Assembly (NCBI GenBank): GCA_937910695.1
Contig: CALEMW010000069.1
Span: 17,933-81,932 of the forward strand
Length of the DNA stretch: 64,000 nucleotides
Origin: an uncultured bacterium
GTDB lineage: Bacteria; Krumholzibacteriota; Krumholzibacteriia; LZORAL124-64-63
Direction of reading: 5' to 3'
Part shown: positions 25,724 through 35,375 of the stretch, one piece after another
How the letters are laid out: every line of letters begins with the position of its first letter
Numbering within the stretch: the stretch's first letter is position 1
Program-made: the position numbers and the translations under genes
Notes under the pieces: generated by a model
Databases searched by the model: none
What the model was told of the DNA's origin: nothing
Seen by the model: only the letters and a program-made list of their open reading frames with translations

Positions 25724-28099
25724 CTACTTGAGAAGCGCGAGCTTCTGCACCTCCACAATCCTGTCCACCGTCAACCTGGCGAAGTAGACGCCTCCGGACA
25801 TCGTACGGCCCTCGCCGTCGCGGCCGTCCCAGAGCACCTGCTGCCAACCGGGTTCGCCGGTCACCTCGAGGTTGCGCACGGCGCGCCCGCGCTGATCGAA
25901 GATCACCATGGACACGTTTTTGGAGCCGGCCGGAATGTGGTACTTCAGCACCGTGGCCGGGTTGAACGGGTTGGGCTCGGCGGGCAGCAGCCGGGCGGTC
26001 ACGCCCATGCCGGGCAGATCGTCCACGCCTGTGCTCACATCGTTGGTGAAGGACACCTCGTCGATCCACCAACCGATGCCGCAGAAATCACCGTCTTCGG
26101 CCGACCAGGCGCCATCGCTGGTCATGCGCAGCCTGACATCGATGACGGCCACCCCCGAGCCGGTATCGCAGGCGCTGAGCACAGAACCCGGAATGGCCCA
26201 GGTGTCGGTCACACAGCTGCTCGCACCGTTGACCGCCGCGATCTGGGTCCAGGTGCCGTTGGCGTCGCCGGCGCAGCGCGCCTCGACGATACCGTAGTCG
26301 TAACCGGACTCCAGATCGTAATGATGACGCAGCGAGATGGTGGCGCCTGCAGTCACGGCCACGGTTTTCCAGGTGAAGTCGTCCCAGTTGTTGCCGTAGC
26401 CCGGAGGGCAGACATAGTCGGGATTGTCGAGTCCGAACCAGAGTCCGCCGTTGCCGCTGCAGGTGCCTGCCTGGGTGAGGTCGTGGTGTACGTACCCGTC
26501 GCAGAACATCCAGCCGTCGGTGCCGGTTTCGAAGGTCGAAGTCAGAATCTTGTCGGGCGAGGCCGTCGGCTTGGCCTTGGCGCCGATGGTGAAGTCGACG
26601 ATCACATCGGTGCCGCTCAGGGCGATGTTCTCGATGGCGAGGCCCGTGGCGTCGCAGGAGTAGTCCTGGGCCGAAGGGATCGTGTTGTCGGCGAAGCGGT
26701 CGCGGTCGCGGGTGCCGACCCACTGTGTCGAGTCGGCGCTGAAGAACGAGAAGCCGGGCCACAGGTCGCCGTCGTCGCCGCGGTTGGGATTGACCAGGGG
26801 CAGCTCGCTGCCGTCGCGGGGCAGGTCGAGATGCTCGTAATAGCCGCCGGGAGTGAACCAGGGCGAGGACTCGACCACGTCGAGCAGACGGTGGTTCTCG
26901 TTGGAGTTTCCACCCACGGAATCGTCCACATGGTAGATGGCCAGGCCCTCGGGTGCGGCCAAGCCGTAGCTGATCTGCCGACGCACGAGGGATTCGTCGA
27001 AGCCCAGACGACGTCGGTTCTCCACCAGGAAGTACTCGTCGCCGGTGGTCGCACCGTCGCGCCAGATGCGGTAGGCGACGGCGTTGGTCTCGGCCGGGGG
27101 AATGGTCACGCCGGTGGTCGTGGCCGTGATGGTCGTGGGCGTCAGCCAGCCCATCTGCATCTTCGACCAGGCGGTCATATGCGAGGGGCTGCTGCCCGCC
27201 GGCTCGCCGTCGCGCCGGCCCCAGGAACCGCCGCTCATCAGGCCCCAGTTGCCGATGCCGCTGGAGCTGTAGTCGGTATCGTACACGTCGGGCAGACCGA
27301 TCACGTGGCCGTACTCGTGGGCGAAGACGCCGACGGTGATCTGGGTGCCGTCGGCCAGCATTTCTGGCTCCACCGAGTAACGGAAGAACGACACGCCGTC
27401 GTTGGTGGCGTGGCCCTGGTAGAAGGACCAGGCATGGGACCAGATGTCGTTGGTGTCGCCTGTCTCCTCGCGGCCGGGACCGGCATGCACGAAGAAGAGG
27501 GAGTCGACGTAGCCGTCGTCGTCGCCGGAATCGGGGATGCCGTCGGGGCCGTCGTTGTCGTACTGGCTGTAGTCGATGATGGGATCGAGCTGATCAATGG
27601 CGTCCTCGATCATCGATCGCACCTGACCGTAGTCGGTGGGCGTGATGGCCGAGTAGAGCGCCGCTGATGTGTTCCAGCCGTGAACGAGCCCCCCGACGCT
27701 GTAGGCGCCGTAGCTGTTCTCGATGTAGAAGTCGTTCATGCTGCCGGTGGGATAAGTGCCGGTCGAGAACATCATGTCGTCGTAGCCGGACTGGGGATGC
27801 GCCACCTGGTCGGCGGTGTGGTCGGTCCATTCGAACAGGATGACCAGGCAGGTGCCGGTGCCGGCGACCTTGTCCGGCGACGAGCCACGCTTGGCCTGCA
27901 TGGCGGCGTAGAGCTCGTCTTCGGGACGCAGCTTACTCTGTGGAATCATGCCGGCCAGGGCCGTGGTGCGGACAGGGCCGAACTGCTTGAGCAACTCCGG
28001 CGATGCGGAAACCGGACAGGGGACGTCGAGGGAATGGTCCGCGGCCGTCACCGGGCCGATGGCGAGCAAAATCGTGAGCGCAATGAGAAGGGTGCGCAT
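25724..28099 (-). CDS. M6 family (immune inhibitor A-like) metalloprotease with FlgD-Ig/T9SS-like C-terminal domain
   Basis: HAGPG.E, IWSH, HEYGHVIGLPDVYD, WGLMSGGSW and EYFLVENR; tail PNPFNPAT...WDGRD...GVYF...KLALLK. Confidence 0.92.
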   Translation of the reverse strand: MRTLLIALTILLAIGPVTAADHSLDVPCPVSASPELLKQFGPVRTTALAGMIPQSKLRPEDELYAAMQAKRGSSPDKVAGTGTCLVILFEWTDHTADQVAHPQSGYDDMMFSTGTYPTGSMNDFYIENSYGAYSVGGLVHGWNTSAALYSAITPTDYGQVRSMIEDAIDQLDPIIDYSQYDNDGPDGIPDSGDDDGYVDSLFFVHAGPGREETGDTNDIWSHAWSFYQGHATNDGVSFFRYSVEPEMLADGTQITVGVFAHEYGHVIGLPDVYDTDYSSSGIGNWGLMSGGSWGRRDGEPAGSSPSHMTAWSKMQMGWLTPTTITATTTGVTIPPAETNAVAYRIWRDGATTGDEYFLVENRRRLGFDESLVRRQISYGLAAPEGLAIYHVDDSVGGNSNENHRLLDVVESSPWFTPGGYYEHLDLPRDGSELPLVNPNRGDDGDLWPGFSFFSADSTQWVGTRDRDRFADNTIPSAQDYSCDATGLAIENIALSGTDVIVDFTIGAKAKPTASPDKILTSTFETGTDGWMFCDGYVHHDLTQAGTCSGNGGLWFGLDNPDYVCPPGYGNNWDDFTWKTVAVTAGATISLRHHYDLESGYDYGIVEARCAGDANGTWTQIAAVNGASSCVTDTWAIPGSVLSACDTGSGVAVIDVRLRMTSDGAWSAEDGDFCGIGWWIDEVSFTNDVSTGVDDLPGMGVTARLLPAEPNPFNPATVLKYHIPAGSKNVSMVIFDQRGRAVRNLEVTGEPGWQQVLWDGRDGEGRTMSGGVYFARLTVDRIVEVQKLALLK

Positions 28100-28274
28100 C
28101 GCGACCTCCGTTCAGGGGTAGCAGTCTTGGGGGGGGGCGGGCGACCCCGGTCTCGGGCGAACACAGCAGCGTCAAGACGGTGACGCCAATGGCTATTATA
28201 CCATAGATGGGTGTTTGCCGCGACCCGACCATCTCCTACCAACATACTATGTAATCAATTTGTTTCGAATTTTA

Positions 28275-28302
28275 TTGACACAATAGATCTAACCTCTAGC
28301 TT
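28275..28302 (+). promoter_or_regulatory. Putative sigma70 promoter of the cytochrome/porin operon
   Basis: TTGACA (28275-80)-N16-TAGCTT (28297-302) in an AT-rich divergent region. Confidence 0.45.
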
Positions 28303-28380
28303 GGGTGTTGTTCTTTTGTCAATCCCCATCCGGCTCTCTCCGGATTCCATTGTGTGAGCATGTTCATCTGGGAGGATGTC

Positions 28381-28722
28381 ATGAGAAGAACCGCACTGGC
28401 ACTGGCTCTATTGGCCCTTCTGGCCGGCGGCGCCGTTGCCGCGGACAAGGCCGAAAAGCTGGACGGCAAGACCCTCTACAAGACCATGTGCAAGGTCTGC
28501 CACGGCGAAGACGCCGAAGCGGGTGAATACACGCCCATGTACCTGATCATCGAGCAGTGGGAACGCTTCTTCGACGAGGACTACGCCGAGACCCACGCCG
28601 AGGCCGCCTACGAGGACGGCGCGAAGGTGATCGATGCCATCACCCCCGAAATGCTCAAGCTGATCCGTGAATTCTGCATCGAGGGTGCCGCCGATTCCGA
28701 GCACCCGATGACCTGCGGTTAA
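28381..28722 (+). CDS. Periplasmic monoheme cytochrome c
   Basis: GGAGG RBS, signal peptide, CKVCH, C-terminal AADSEHPMTCG. Confidence 0.88.
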   Translation: MRRTALALALLALLAGGAVAADKAEKLDGKTLYKTMCKVCHGEDAEAGEYTPMYLIIEQWERFFDEDYAETHAEAAYEDGAKVIDAITPEMLKLIREFCIEGAADSEHPMTCG

Positions 28723-28750
28723 CCCGAAGCCCCCACCCGGAGGTACCGAC

Positions 28751-30478
28751 ATGAAGAAGATGTACGCCCTCGTCCTGATCCTGACCGTGTTCGCGGCCGG
28801 GTTCGCTGTTGCGGACGAAGACAACGCCAAGCTCGAGAAAAAGATCAAGGACCTCGAGAAACGCCTGCGCCATGTCGAGGTCAAGGCGGCCAAGGACCGT
28901 ATGGAGTTCACCGGCGACATGCGCGTCGAGGTGAGCAACATCAACGCCGAAGTCGGGCCCTACGTGGACGGCATGACGGTTCAGAACGCCATGGCCCAGA
29001 CTCTGTTCTACTTCGGCATGAACCAGGACAACCCGACGGGTCCGCTGCCCATGACTCCCCTAGGCGGTCTCGACTTCACCGCTCTCGGAAACTACATCAT
29101 GGCCAACGGCGGCGACTATATGGCCTACGCCAATTCCATGACCTTCGCCGACCTCCAGGGCGGCATGATGGATCTGTTGACGGCCATGGCCCAGATGAAC
29201 GGCATGGATCCCTCGACTCTGACTCCTGCTCAGTGGGCCGGTCTTCAGGACCAGGCCATGCAGATGATGGCAGCCGCCCCCGGCGCCGACCAGGACGGCT
29301 ACGACTACAAGAACGACGTGCTCTACACCACGCGCCTGCGCCTCAACATGAACGCCAAGGTCGCCGAGAACGTCGACTTCCAGGGCCGCCTGACCATGTA
29401 CAAGCCCTGGGGCGACAGCTCCGGCGTGCAGGTCTTCAACGGCCAGAGCAACAGCCTGAACATCGACGGCACTTCGGGCCGTTACCCCAACAGCGACATC
29501 CTCCGCGTCGAGCGCGCCTACTTCAACTGGCGCCACATCGCCGACACGTCGTTCTACCTGAGCTTCGGCCGTCGCCCCAGCGCGGGTGGCCCGCCCATGC
29601 ACTTCCGCGACGACGAGATGCGCGCCGGCACGCCCCTGGGCACGCTCATCGACTTCGCCTTCGACGGCATCACCGCCGGCTTCACACCCTACGAGGGCGG
29701 CACGTTCCGCCTGTGCTACGGCCTGGGCTACGAGTCGGGATTCGGCTCCGCCGAGAACCTGAAGCCGGAGGCGAACCGTCTGAAGGACGCCCACTTCTTC
29801 GGCTTCAACTGGGACATGCTCAACAAGGACGGCATCACGATGCAGTCCACCGTCGCCCGCGCCTTCGACGTGACCGACGGCTTCAACGGCCTCGTCGTGC
29901 TGCCGGACAACCCGGTCAGCGGCGATGCCATCGGCGCGCCGATGGTCATGCGCTTCTCCCCCTCGGCCAACCTGGGCGACATCGACCTGGCCGGCCTGCT
30001 GGTGACCTACGAGAACGACCGGTTCGACCTGTTCGCCAGCTACAACATCATGAAGTCGCACCCCGATGCCGTGACCACGCCCTTCGGCGGCCTGTTCTGC
30101 GATCCCTTCGACACCCCCGAAGAGCAGACCGGCAAGATGGGCTACATCGGCGCCCGTTATAAGTTCAGCAACGACAAGACCAAGCTGGGCGTGGAGTACA
30201 ACGAGGGCAGCCAGTACTGGTTCAACTTCAGCCACGGCGCCGACGACATCTTCGCCCCGAAGACCGGCACCCGCGGCTCGGTGATCGAGGTCTACCTGAC
30301 CCACCGCATCGCCCAGAAGTTCCTCTGCAAGCTCGATTTTATGCAGTACGACTACGACTACAGCGGCTCGGGTTGGCACCTGGGCGCCCCCAAGGCCCTC
30401 GACGCCACGCCGATGCTCGGTTACCCGACCTTCGACAAGGCCACGGTCGTGTCGCTGAGCTCGACGGTGCGTTTCTAA
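28751..30478 (+). CDS. Outer-membrane beta-barrel, DUF3373-like, with N-terminal coiled coil and Met-rich insertion
   Basis: Signal peptide; coiled coil KLEKKIKDLEKRL; FTGDMR, TRLRL, GRL.MYK.WG, VERAY, GRRP, EYN.GS.YW and YDYSGSGW; terminal VRF. Confidence 0.8.
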   Translation: MKKMYALVLILTVFAAGFAVADEDNAKLEKKIKDLEKRLRHVEVKAAKDRMEFTGDMRVEVSNINAEVGPYVDGMTVQNAMAQTLFYFGMNQDNPTGPLPMTPLGGLDFTALGNYIMANGGDYMAYANSMTFADLQGGMMDLLTAMAQMNGMDPSTLTPAQWAGLQDQAMQMMAAAPGADQDGYDYKNDVLYTTRLRLNMNAKVAENVDFQGRLTMYKPWGDSSGVQVFNGQSNSLNIDGTSGRYPNSDILRVERAYFNWRHIADTSFYLSFGRRPSAGGPPMHFRDDEMRAGTPLGTLIDFAFDGITAGFTPYEGGTFRLCYGLGYESGFGSAENLKPEANRLKDAHFFGFNWDMLNKDGITMQSTVARAFDVTDGFNGLVVLPDNPVSGDAIGAPMVMRFSPSANLGDIDLAGLLVTYENDRFDLFASYNIMKSHPDAVTTPFGGLFCDPFDTPEEQTGKMGYIGARYKFSNDKTKLGVEYNEGSQYWFNFSHGADDIFAPKTGTRGSVIEVYLTHRIAQKFLCKLDFMQYDYDYSGSGWHLGAPKALDATPMLGYPTFDKATVVSLSSTVRF

Positions 30479-30485
30479 GGAGTCC

Positions 30486-31892
30486 ATGATGAAGCGAGCG
30501 AGTGTGATGCTCCTGCTCGTCGCCATCGCGGCGGTATCCGGCCCCTCGGGGGCCGGCGCCGCCACGGCGTCGCATGCGGAGATGTTCGAGCACTACGAAG
30601 GCACGGCCACCTGCCTCGAATGCCACGAGGACGAGGCCGCCGCATTCTTCCACACCCAGCACTACCAGTGGCGGGGCGAGAACCCAGGCCTGGCCAACGT
30701 CGACGGCCAGCGCCTCGGCAAGATCAACACCATCAACGATTTCTGCACCAACCCGATGCCGAGCTGGATCGGCAACGCCGTCAACGAGGACGGCAAGGTG
30801 CTGGCCCAGGGTTGTTCGAAGTGCCACGCCGGTCTCGGCCTGAAGCCCGAGCCCGTGCTGTCGCGGGAGCAGCTCGAGAACATCGACTGCCTGATCTGCC
30901 ACGCGAGCGGCTACCGGCGCGACATCACCCAGGACGAGAACGGCAACGACGTGTGGCGCTCCATCCTCTGGGGCCGCAACCAGGCCGGCCTCGACGCCAT
31001 CGCCAAGCGCATCAGCCTGCCCGGCCGCAAGATGTGCCTGCGCTGCCATTCCGGCGCCGGCGGCGGTCCGAACTTCAAGCGCGGCGACATCGAATACGAG
31101 CTGGCCGAGACCGACCGCACCTTCGATGTGCACATGGGCACCGACGGCGCCGACATGGCCTGCATCGACTGCCACCGCGGCGACGACCACCGCGTGCGCG
31201 GCCGCGGCGCCGACCTCTCGGGTACCGACATGCCCCACGCCAACCTGCGCTGCACCGAATGTCACGACGCGAGGCCCCACGGCAAGCTGGTCCTGGACAA
31301 GCACGCCGAACGGATCGCCTGCGAGACCTGCCACATTCCGACCTTCGCCAAGCGCGACCAGACCGACATGGTCCGCGACTGGTCGACGCCCAAGTACCAC
31401 CCCGACGCCAAGAAGTGGTCGGCGACGATCACCATGGGCCAGGACGTGGTGCCCGAGTACGCCTGGTGGAACGGCATGACGATCCACCAGGAGATGGGCG
31501 TGAAGGCCGAAGCCGGCGACGACGGCGTGATCGCCACGATGCGGCCGGTGGGCTCGAAGAAGGACGATGGCTCGAAGATCTATCCCTTCAAGCTCCACCG
31601 CGGGCGTCTGCCCCGCCTCGTGAACCAGGGCTGGCTCGTGCCCCTGGCCGTGGACGAGTTCTTCGTGGACGGAGATCTCGAAAAGGCGGTGCAGGAAGGC
31701 GGCCACGTCGCCTACGGACTCGAGCACTTCGAGTACGAGTGGGTCGACGTGAAGCGCTACATGGGGATCTACCACGAGGTGCTGCCGGCGTCGGGAGCCC
31801 TCGACTGCCTCGACTGCCATAGCGAGGATGGGCGCTTTCCCTGGACCGCGCTGGGGTACAAGGAAGATCCTGTGTTGAAGCGGATGAAGTAG
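30486..31892 (+). CDS. Octaheme c-type cytochrome, tetrathionate reductase (OTR)-like family
   Basis: Eight CxxCH (CLECH, CSKCH, CLICH, CLRCH, CIDCH, CTECH, CETCH, CLDCH); GKINTINDFC, KRGD, DVHM, HIPTFA, SKIYPFK and ALGY..DP. Confidence 0.85.
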   Translation: MMKRASVMLLLVAIAAVSGPSGAGAATASHAEMFEHYEGTATCLECHEDEAAAFFHTQHYQWRGENPGLANVDGQRLGKINTINDFCTNPMPSWIGNAVNEDGKVLAQGCSKCHAGLGLKPEPVLSREQLENIDCLICHASGYRRDITQDENGNDVWRSILWGRNQAGLDAIAKRISLPGRKMCLRCHSGAGGGPNFKRGDIEYELAETDRTFDVHMGTDGADMACIDCHRGDDHRVRGRGADLSGTDMPHANLRCTECHDARPHGKLVLDKHAERIACETCHIPTFAKRDQTDMVRDWSTPKYHPDAKKWSATITMGQDVVPEYAWWNGMTIHQEMGVKAEAGDDGVIATMRPVGSKKDDGSKIYPFKLHRGRLPRLVNQGWLVPLAVDEFFVDGDLEKAVQEGGHVAYGLEHFEYEWVDVKRYMGIYHEVLPASGALDCLDCHSEDGRFPWTALGYKEDPVLKRMK

Positions 31893-31916
31893 GTCGAGTC
31901 CGCGATGATCGTAAGC

Positions 31917-31955
31917 AGCGGGGCCTCTCTCCTGAGGGGCCCCGCTTCTTGTTCT
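31917..31955 (+). terminator. Intrinsic terminator after the cytochrome operon
   Basis: AGCGGGGCCTCTC-TCCT-GAGGGGCCCCGCT followed by TCTTGTTCT. Confidence 0.65.
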
Positions 31956-31974
31956 CCGTGTGTGTGACGCCGGC

Positions 31975-34900
31975 TCAGTAGCCTTCGACCACGGCGTCGG
32001 TCCAGTCCACCATGACACCCTCATCGTCGGTGACGACACCGAGGACGAGCGTCGAGACGCCACGTATGTCGAGCCGCGGCTTCATCACATCTCCCTTAGC
32101 CACCGGGCCGCTGTCCCAGAGCAGCCGCCCATCGCCGTGGATCTGGAAGCGGACGACCGCAGGCGGAGATGCGTCGTCGAGGCCCACGTCCGCACGGAAC
32201 CTGATCCAGCGGGCCGTCCTTGCCGGACCCTCCATTAACCGCATGGATTCCATGTCGAGCCCCCAACCCACCTCGGCCGCACCGACGACGCCGAAGCCCG
32301 ATGCGGCCGGCAAGCCGCCAAGCACCATGGGACGCTTATCTGCGTTCTGCCCCAAGAAGACCTGACTTGTGGATGCGGAAGGCTGGACCACGCCATCCTT
32401 CGCCAGCACGAGCTCCACCGGCGCTCCGGTCGACGTCTCAAACTCCAGCAGCCGGAATTCCGAAATGGTCACCGGGCTCACAAGCACCGGTGCGAGGGCG
32501 TCGTACTCGACGGGCTCGTCGGAGTTGGCGCCGAGAACCATCGGGTCGGCCCCCATGTCGTGGGTGCTCAGCACACGGAAGCGCATCAGGCTGCCGGCCT
32601 TGGGCGCGAAGCGGACCTCCATCTCCCCTTCCGACTTCTCGATGGAGCCGGACGACACCGGCTCGCCCCACTCCCCGTTCACATCGGCCAGGTAGAGCTC
32701 GTAGGAACGCACCTGTCCGTACTCCCAGTACTTGTCGTTGCGCGGGGCGATGCGGAAACCCTCGATCATGCGGCGCTCGCCGAGCGAGAGCACGAACTCG
32801 TGGGGTCCATAGGCCGCGGACTGGTCGCGCACCGAGCGGAACCAGGTGGCGGGGTCGCCGTCGAAGGCGTTCTCGAGGGGATGGCCCGGCTCCTCGGCGG
32901 CGCGGTTGACGACCATCAGGGCGTCGACGGGCACGGTGCCGTCGCCGGCGGGCTTGCGGGGATACGGAGGCGTGGCGGCGAGCTCGGCCCGGGGATCGAT
33001 CTCGGCCAGAAGGTGATGCTCGACGCCCATGTCGAGCGGGCCGGTCTTCACGTGGATTACTCCGTAGCGGTCGTCGGGGTCGAAGTGCCAGCCGGCGTCG
33101 GCCGCGTCGAAGGCGGAGCGTGTCGGGTGCCACGGCAGGGCGGCACCGTCGAGGGCGACCAGCTCGGGCGTGACGCGGGTGTGGAGCAGGACGACCAGGC
33201 TGCGGCGACGCAGCATGCCGTCGAAGGAGCCGTCGACCGGGGCCGCCGTCAGCTCGACCGGACCGGCGCCGTGCTTCGGCGCCGACACCGTGAAGCCCTG
33301 GGTCGAGAACGCGCCTTCGCGGTAGGCGCGGGTGTCGCCGTCGTCCTCGTAGAGCACGAACTCGGAGTGGCCGCGGGGGTAGACGTCGAGGGTGAGCGGA
33401 TCGGCGGGCACTTGGCCGTCGTAGAGCGACTCGGGGTACATCGGGATGATCGCGCCGCCGCTCACGAAGACCGGCAGGGTCGCGAGATCCACCGGAACGT
33501 CCACGTCCTCGCCTCCGGCGCCGGCTTCGACCACCTGACCGGTCCAGTAGTCGATCCATCGTCCCTGGGGCAGGTGCACGCCCTCGCGCCAGCCACCGCT
33601 CGATGATTCGCTGCGATAGACCGGTGCCACGAGCAGGTCGCGGCCGAGGAAGAACTGGTAGGGATAGTCCTCGGTCCCCGCGTGGGGATCGCCGGGGTGG
33701 TCCCAGAGCAGGCCGCGCACCATGGGCGCACCCGTCGTCGCGGTCTCGCGGGCCAGGGTGTAGATGATCGGCATCAGGCGCTGGCGCAGCTTCATGTAGC
33801 GGCGGTTGATGGAGCGGTATGGTTCGTCGAACCACCAGGGGTGCTTGCGTTCGGCCTTGGACCAGCCGGACATGCCCATGAAAACCGAGGTGAAGCATTT
33901 CCACTGCAGGTCGCGGGTGAACGTCTCGGGGGAGCCGCCGAAGATGCCGTCGACGTCGCCGGTGGAGTAGTTCATGCCCGAGAGGCCGGAGCCGATGAGG
34001 GTGGGCACGTGCCAGCGGATGTAGTCCCAGCTGCCGGACTGGTCGCCGGTCCAGGTCACCGCATAGCGCTGGATGCCGGCCCAGCCCATGACCGTCCAGA
34101 TGAAGGGGCGGGCGTCGGAGTTGTCGAGGAAGCCCTGGGCCGCGTCGTGGTTGGCGTCGAGGGCCCACTGGTAGCCCTTGCCGGTCCAGGCCACGTCGAG
34201 TTTCTGGACACGGGTGCCGGCCGTGCCCACCTCCCAGGCGATCTTTTCGACGCCGTTCTCGGTCCACAGGCCGGTGCGGAAGCCGAGCTTGCGCAACCCC
34301 GCCACCACCTCGGGAAGATCCGTATAGCCGCAGCCGTAACCGTCGTTGGGCAGGATCCAACCGCCGGGCATGTCGTGTTCGCGGTACTTCCGCGCCACCG
34401 AAGCCACCACGTCGGGGGTGGTGCCGGTGGGGCCGTCACTCCAGCCTGCGGGCACGGTGCCGGGCTTGTCGACGTTGTCGCCGTCGTTGTAGCAGTCGGC
34501 GTCGCCGTAGCCGAAGGCCCAGCGGGGCAGCAGCGGGGCGCGGCCGGTGAGTCGGGTGTAGAGGTCGAGCACGCCGCGCACGTCGTCGGCGACCATGTAG
34601 TAGGCGTCGAAGCGGGGCTCGGCGTGGGCGGCGGTCAGGTAGTCGGACGAACGGAAGTCGTACACGCCGTCGGCCCAGGTGTTGCGCAGCACGCCGTAGC
34701 CGCGGCTGCTCATGTAGAAGGGCGCGGGGCTGGGGCGGTCGCCCTCTTCCCAGCCGCCGGAGTAGGAGATCTCCATGAGCTCGCCGTTGAACTCGTAGGC
34801 GCCGTTCTGCTGGCCGCCGCCGTAGAAGCGTTCGAAACGGTCGCTGTCGAGGGTCTGGACGGTGGCGAGGGAGTCGATCGCCAGGGGTTTGAGTTCGCGC

Positions 34901-35286
34901 CAGAGGGGGGTCGTGTCGTTGCTGCGGTAGAGTTCAAAGCGTAGAGGGCTCGGGTAGATGCGAAGAGCCAGGTTGGGAGTGGTGATCAGGTGATGAGTGG
35001 CTCGCCGGATCACCTTCACATCCACGTCCGGAGACGGTTCGAGAACGACGATCGGTGCGACACCACTGCCTTCATCGCTCTCGACGTCGTTGAGACCGGC
35101 TGTGATCCTGAACAGATCATCGCGAAGGAACGAGACGACGACGAGGACTTCACTGTCGGTGCGGAGAGTCACAGAGGATCCGTCCGCCTCGACTGCGGTC
35201 ACTTCGCCCGGTTGGATGGCCTGAGAAACCCCGACGAGCATCGACAGGCAAGTACAGATCAGCAACAAACGAACGGCGCTGGACAT
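31975..35286 (-). CDS. Glycoside hydrolase family 31 (alpha-N-acetylgalactosaminidase-like subgroup) with F5/8-type and NPCBM-like carbohydrate-binding domains
   Basis: Signal peptide; GGGQQNG, WILPNDGYGCGY, QKLDVAW, QRYAVTWTGDQ, GDVDGIFGG and LYEDDG; C-terminal NAFDGD..T.F and FRADVGLDD. Confidence 0.88.
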   Translation of the reverse strand: MSSAVRLLLICTCLSMLVGVSQAIQPGEVTAVEADGSSVTLRTDSEVLVVVSFLRDDLFRITAGLNDVESDEGSGVAPIVVLEPSPDVDVKVIRRATHHLITTPNLALRIYPSPLRFELYRSNDTTPLWRELKPLAIDSLATVQTLDSDRFERFYGGGQQNGAYEFNGELMEISYSGGWEEGDRPSPAPFYMSSRGYGVLRNTWADGVYDFRSSDYLTAAHAEPRFDAYYMVADDVRGVLDLYTRLTGRAPLLPRWAFGYGDADCYNDGDNVDKPGTVPAGWSDGPTGTTPDVVASVARKYREHDMPGGWILPNDGYGCGYTDLPEVVAGLRKLGFRTGLWTENGVEKIAWEVGTAGTRVQKLDVAWTGKGYQWALDANHDAAQGFLDNSDARPFIWTVMGWAGIQRYAVTWTGDQSGSWDYIRWHVPTLIGSGLSGMNYSTGDVDGIFGGSPETFTRDLQWKCFTSVFMGMSGWSKAERKHPWWFDEPYRSINRRYMKLRQRLMPIIYTLARETATTGAPMVRGLLWDHPGDPHAGTEDYPYQFFLGRDLLVAPVYRSESSSGGWREGVHLPQGRWIDYWTGQVVEAGAGGEDVDVPVDLATLPVFVSGGAIIPMYPESLYDGQVPADPLTLDVYPRGHSEFVLYEDDGDTRAYREGAFSTQGFTVSAPKHGAGPVELTAAPVDGSFDGMLRRRSLVVLLHTRVTPELVALDGAALPWHPTRSAFDAADAGWHFDPDDRYGVIHVKTGPLDMGVEHHLLAEIDPRAELAATPPYPRKPAGDGTVPVDALMVVNRAAEEPGHPLENAFDGDPATWFRSVRDQSAAYGPHEFVLSLGERRMIEGFRIAPRNDKYWEYGQVRSYELYLADVNGEWGEPVSSGSIEKSEGEMEVRFAPKAGSLMRFRVLSTHDMGADPMVLGANSDEPVEYDALAPVLVSPVTISEFRLLEFETSTGAPVELVLAKDGVVQPSASTSQVFLGQNADKRPMVLGGLPAASGFGVVGAAEVGWGLDMESMRLMEGPARTARWIRFRADVGLDDASPPAVVRFQIHGDGRLLWDSGPVAKGDVMKPRLDIRGVSTLVLGVVTDDEGVMVDWTDAVVEGY

Positions 35287-35375
35287 GTCGAATCCTCTCC
35301 CTGATGGGAATCGTTGAACAAAGTCGACTCCACGCTATCACAACAAAGCTCTTTAGGAACGATCCGTCCGGTCAG

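Noticed and set aside
28129..28137. G9 tract (also C9 at 37788-37796 and C8 at 25640-25647) as phase-variation switches
   Set aside because: All are intergenic, and none clearly lies in a promoter spacer. There is no evidence of length variation without reads.
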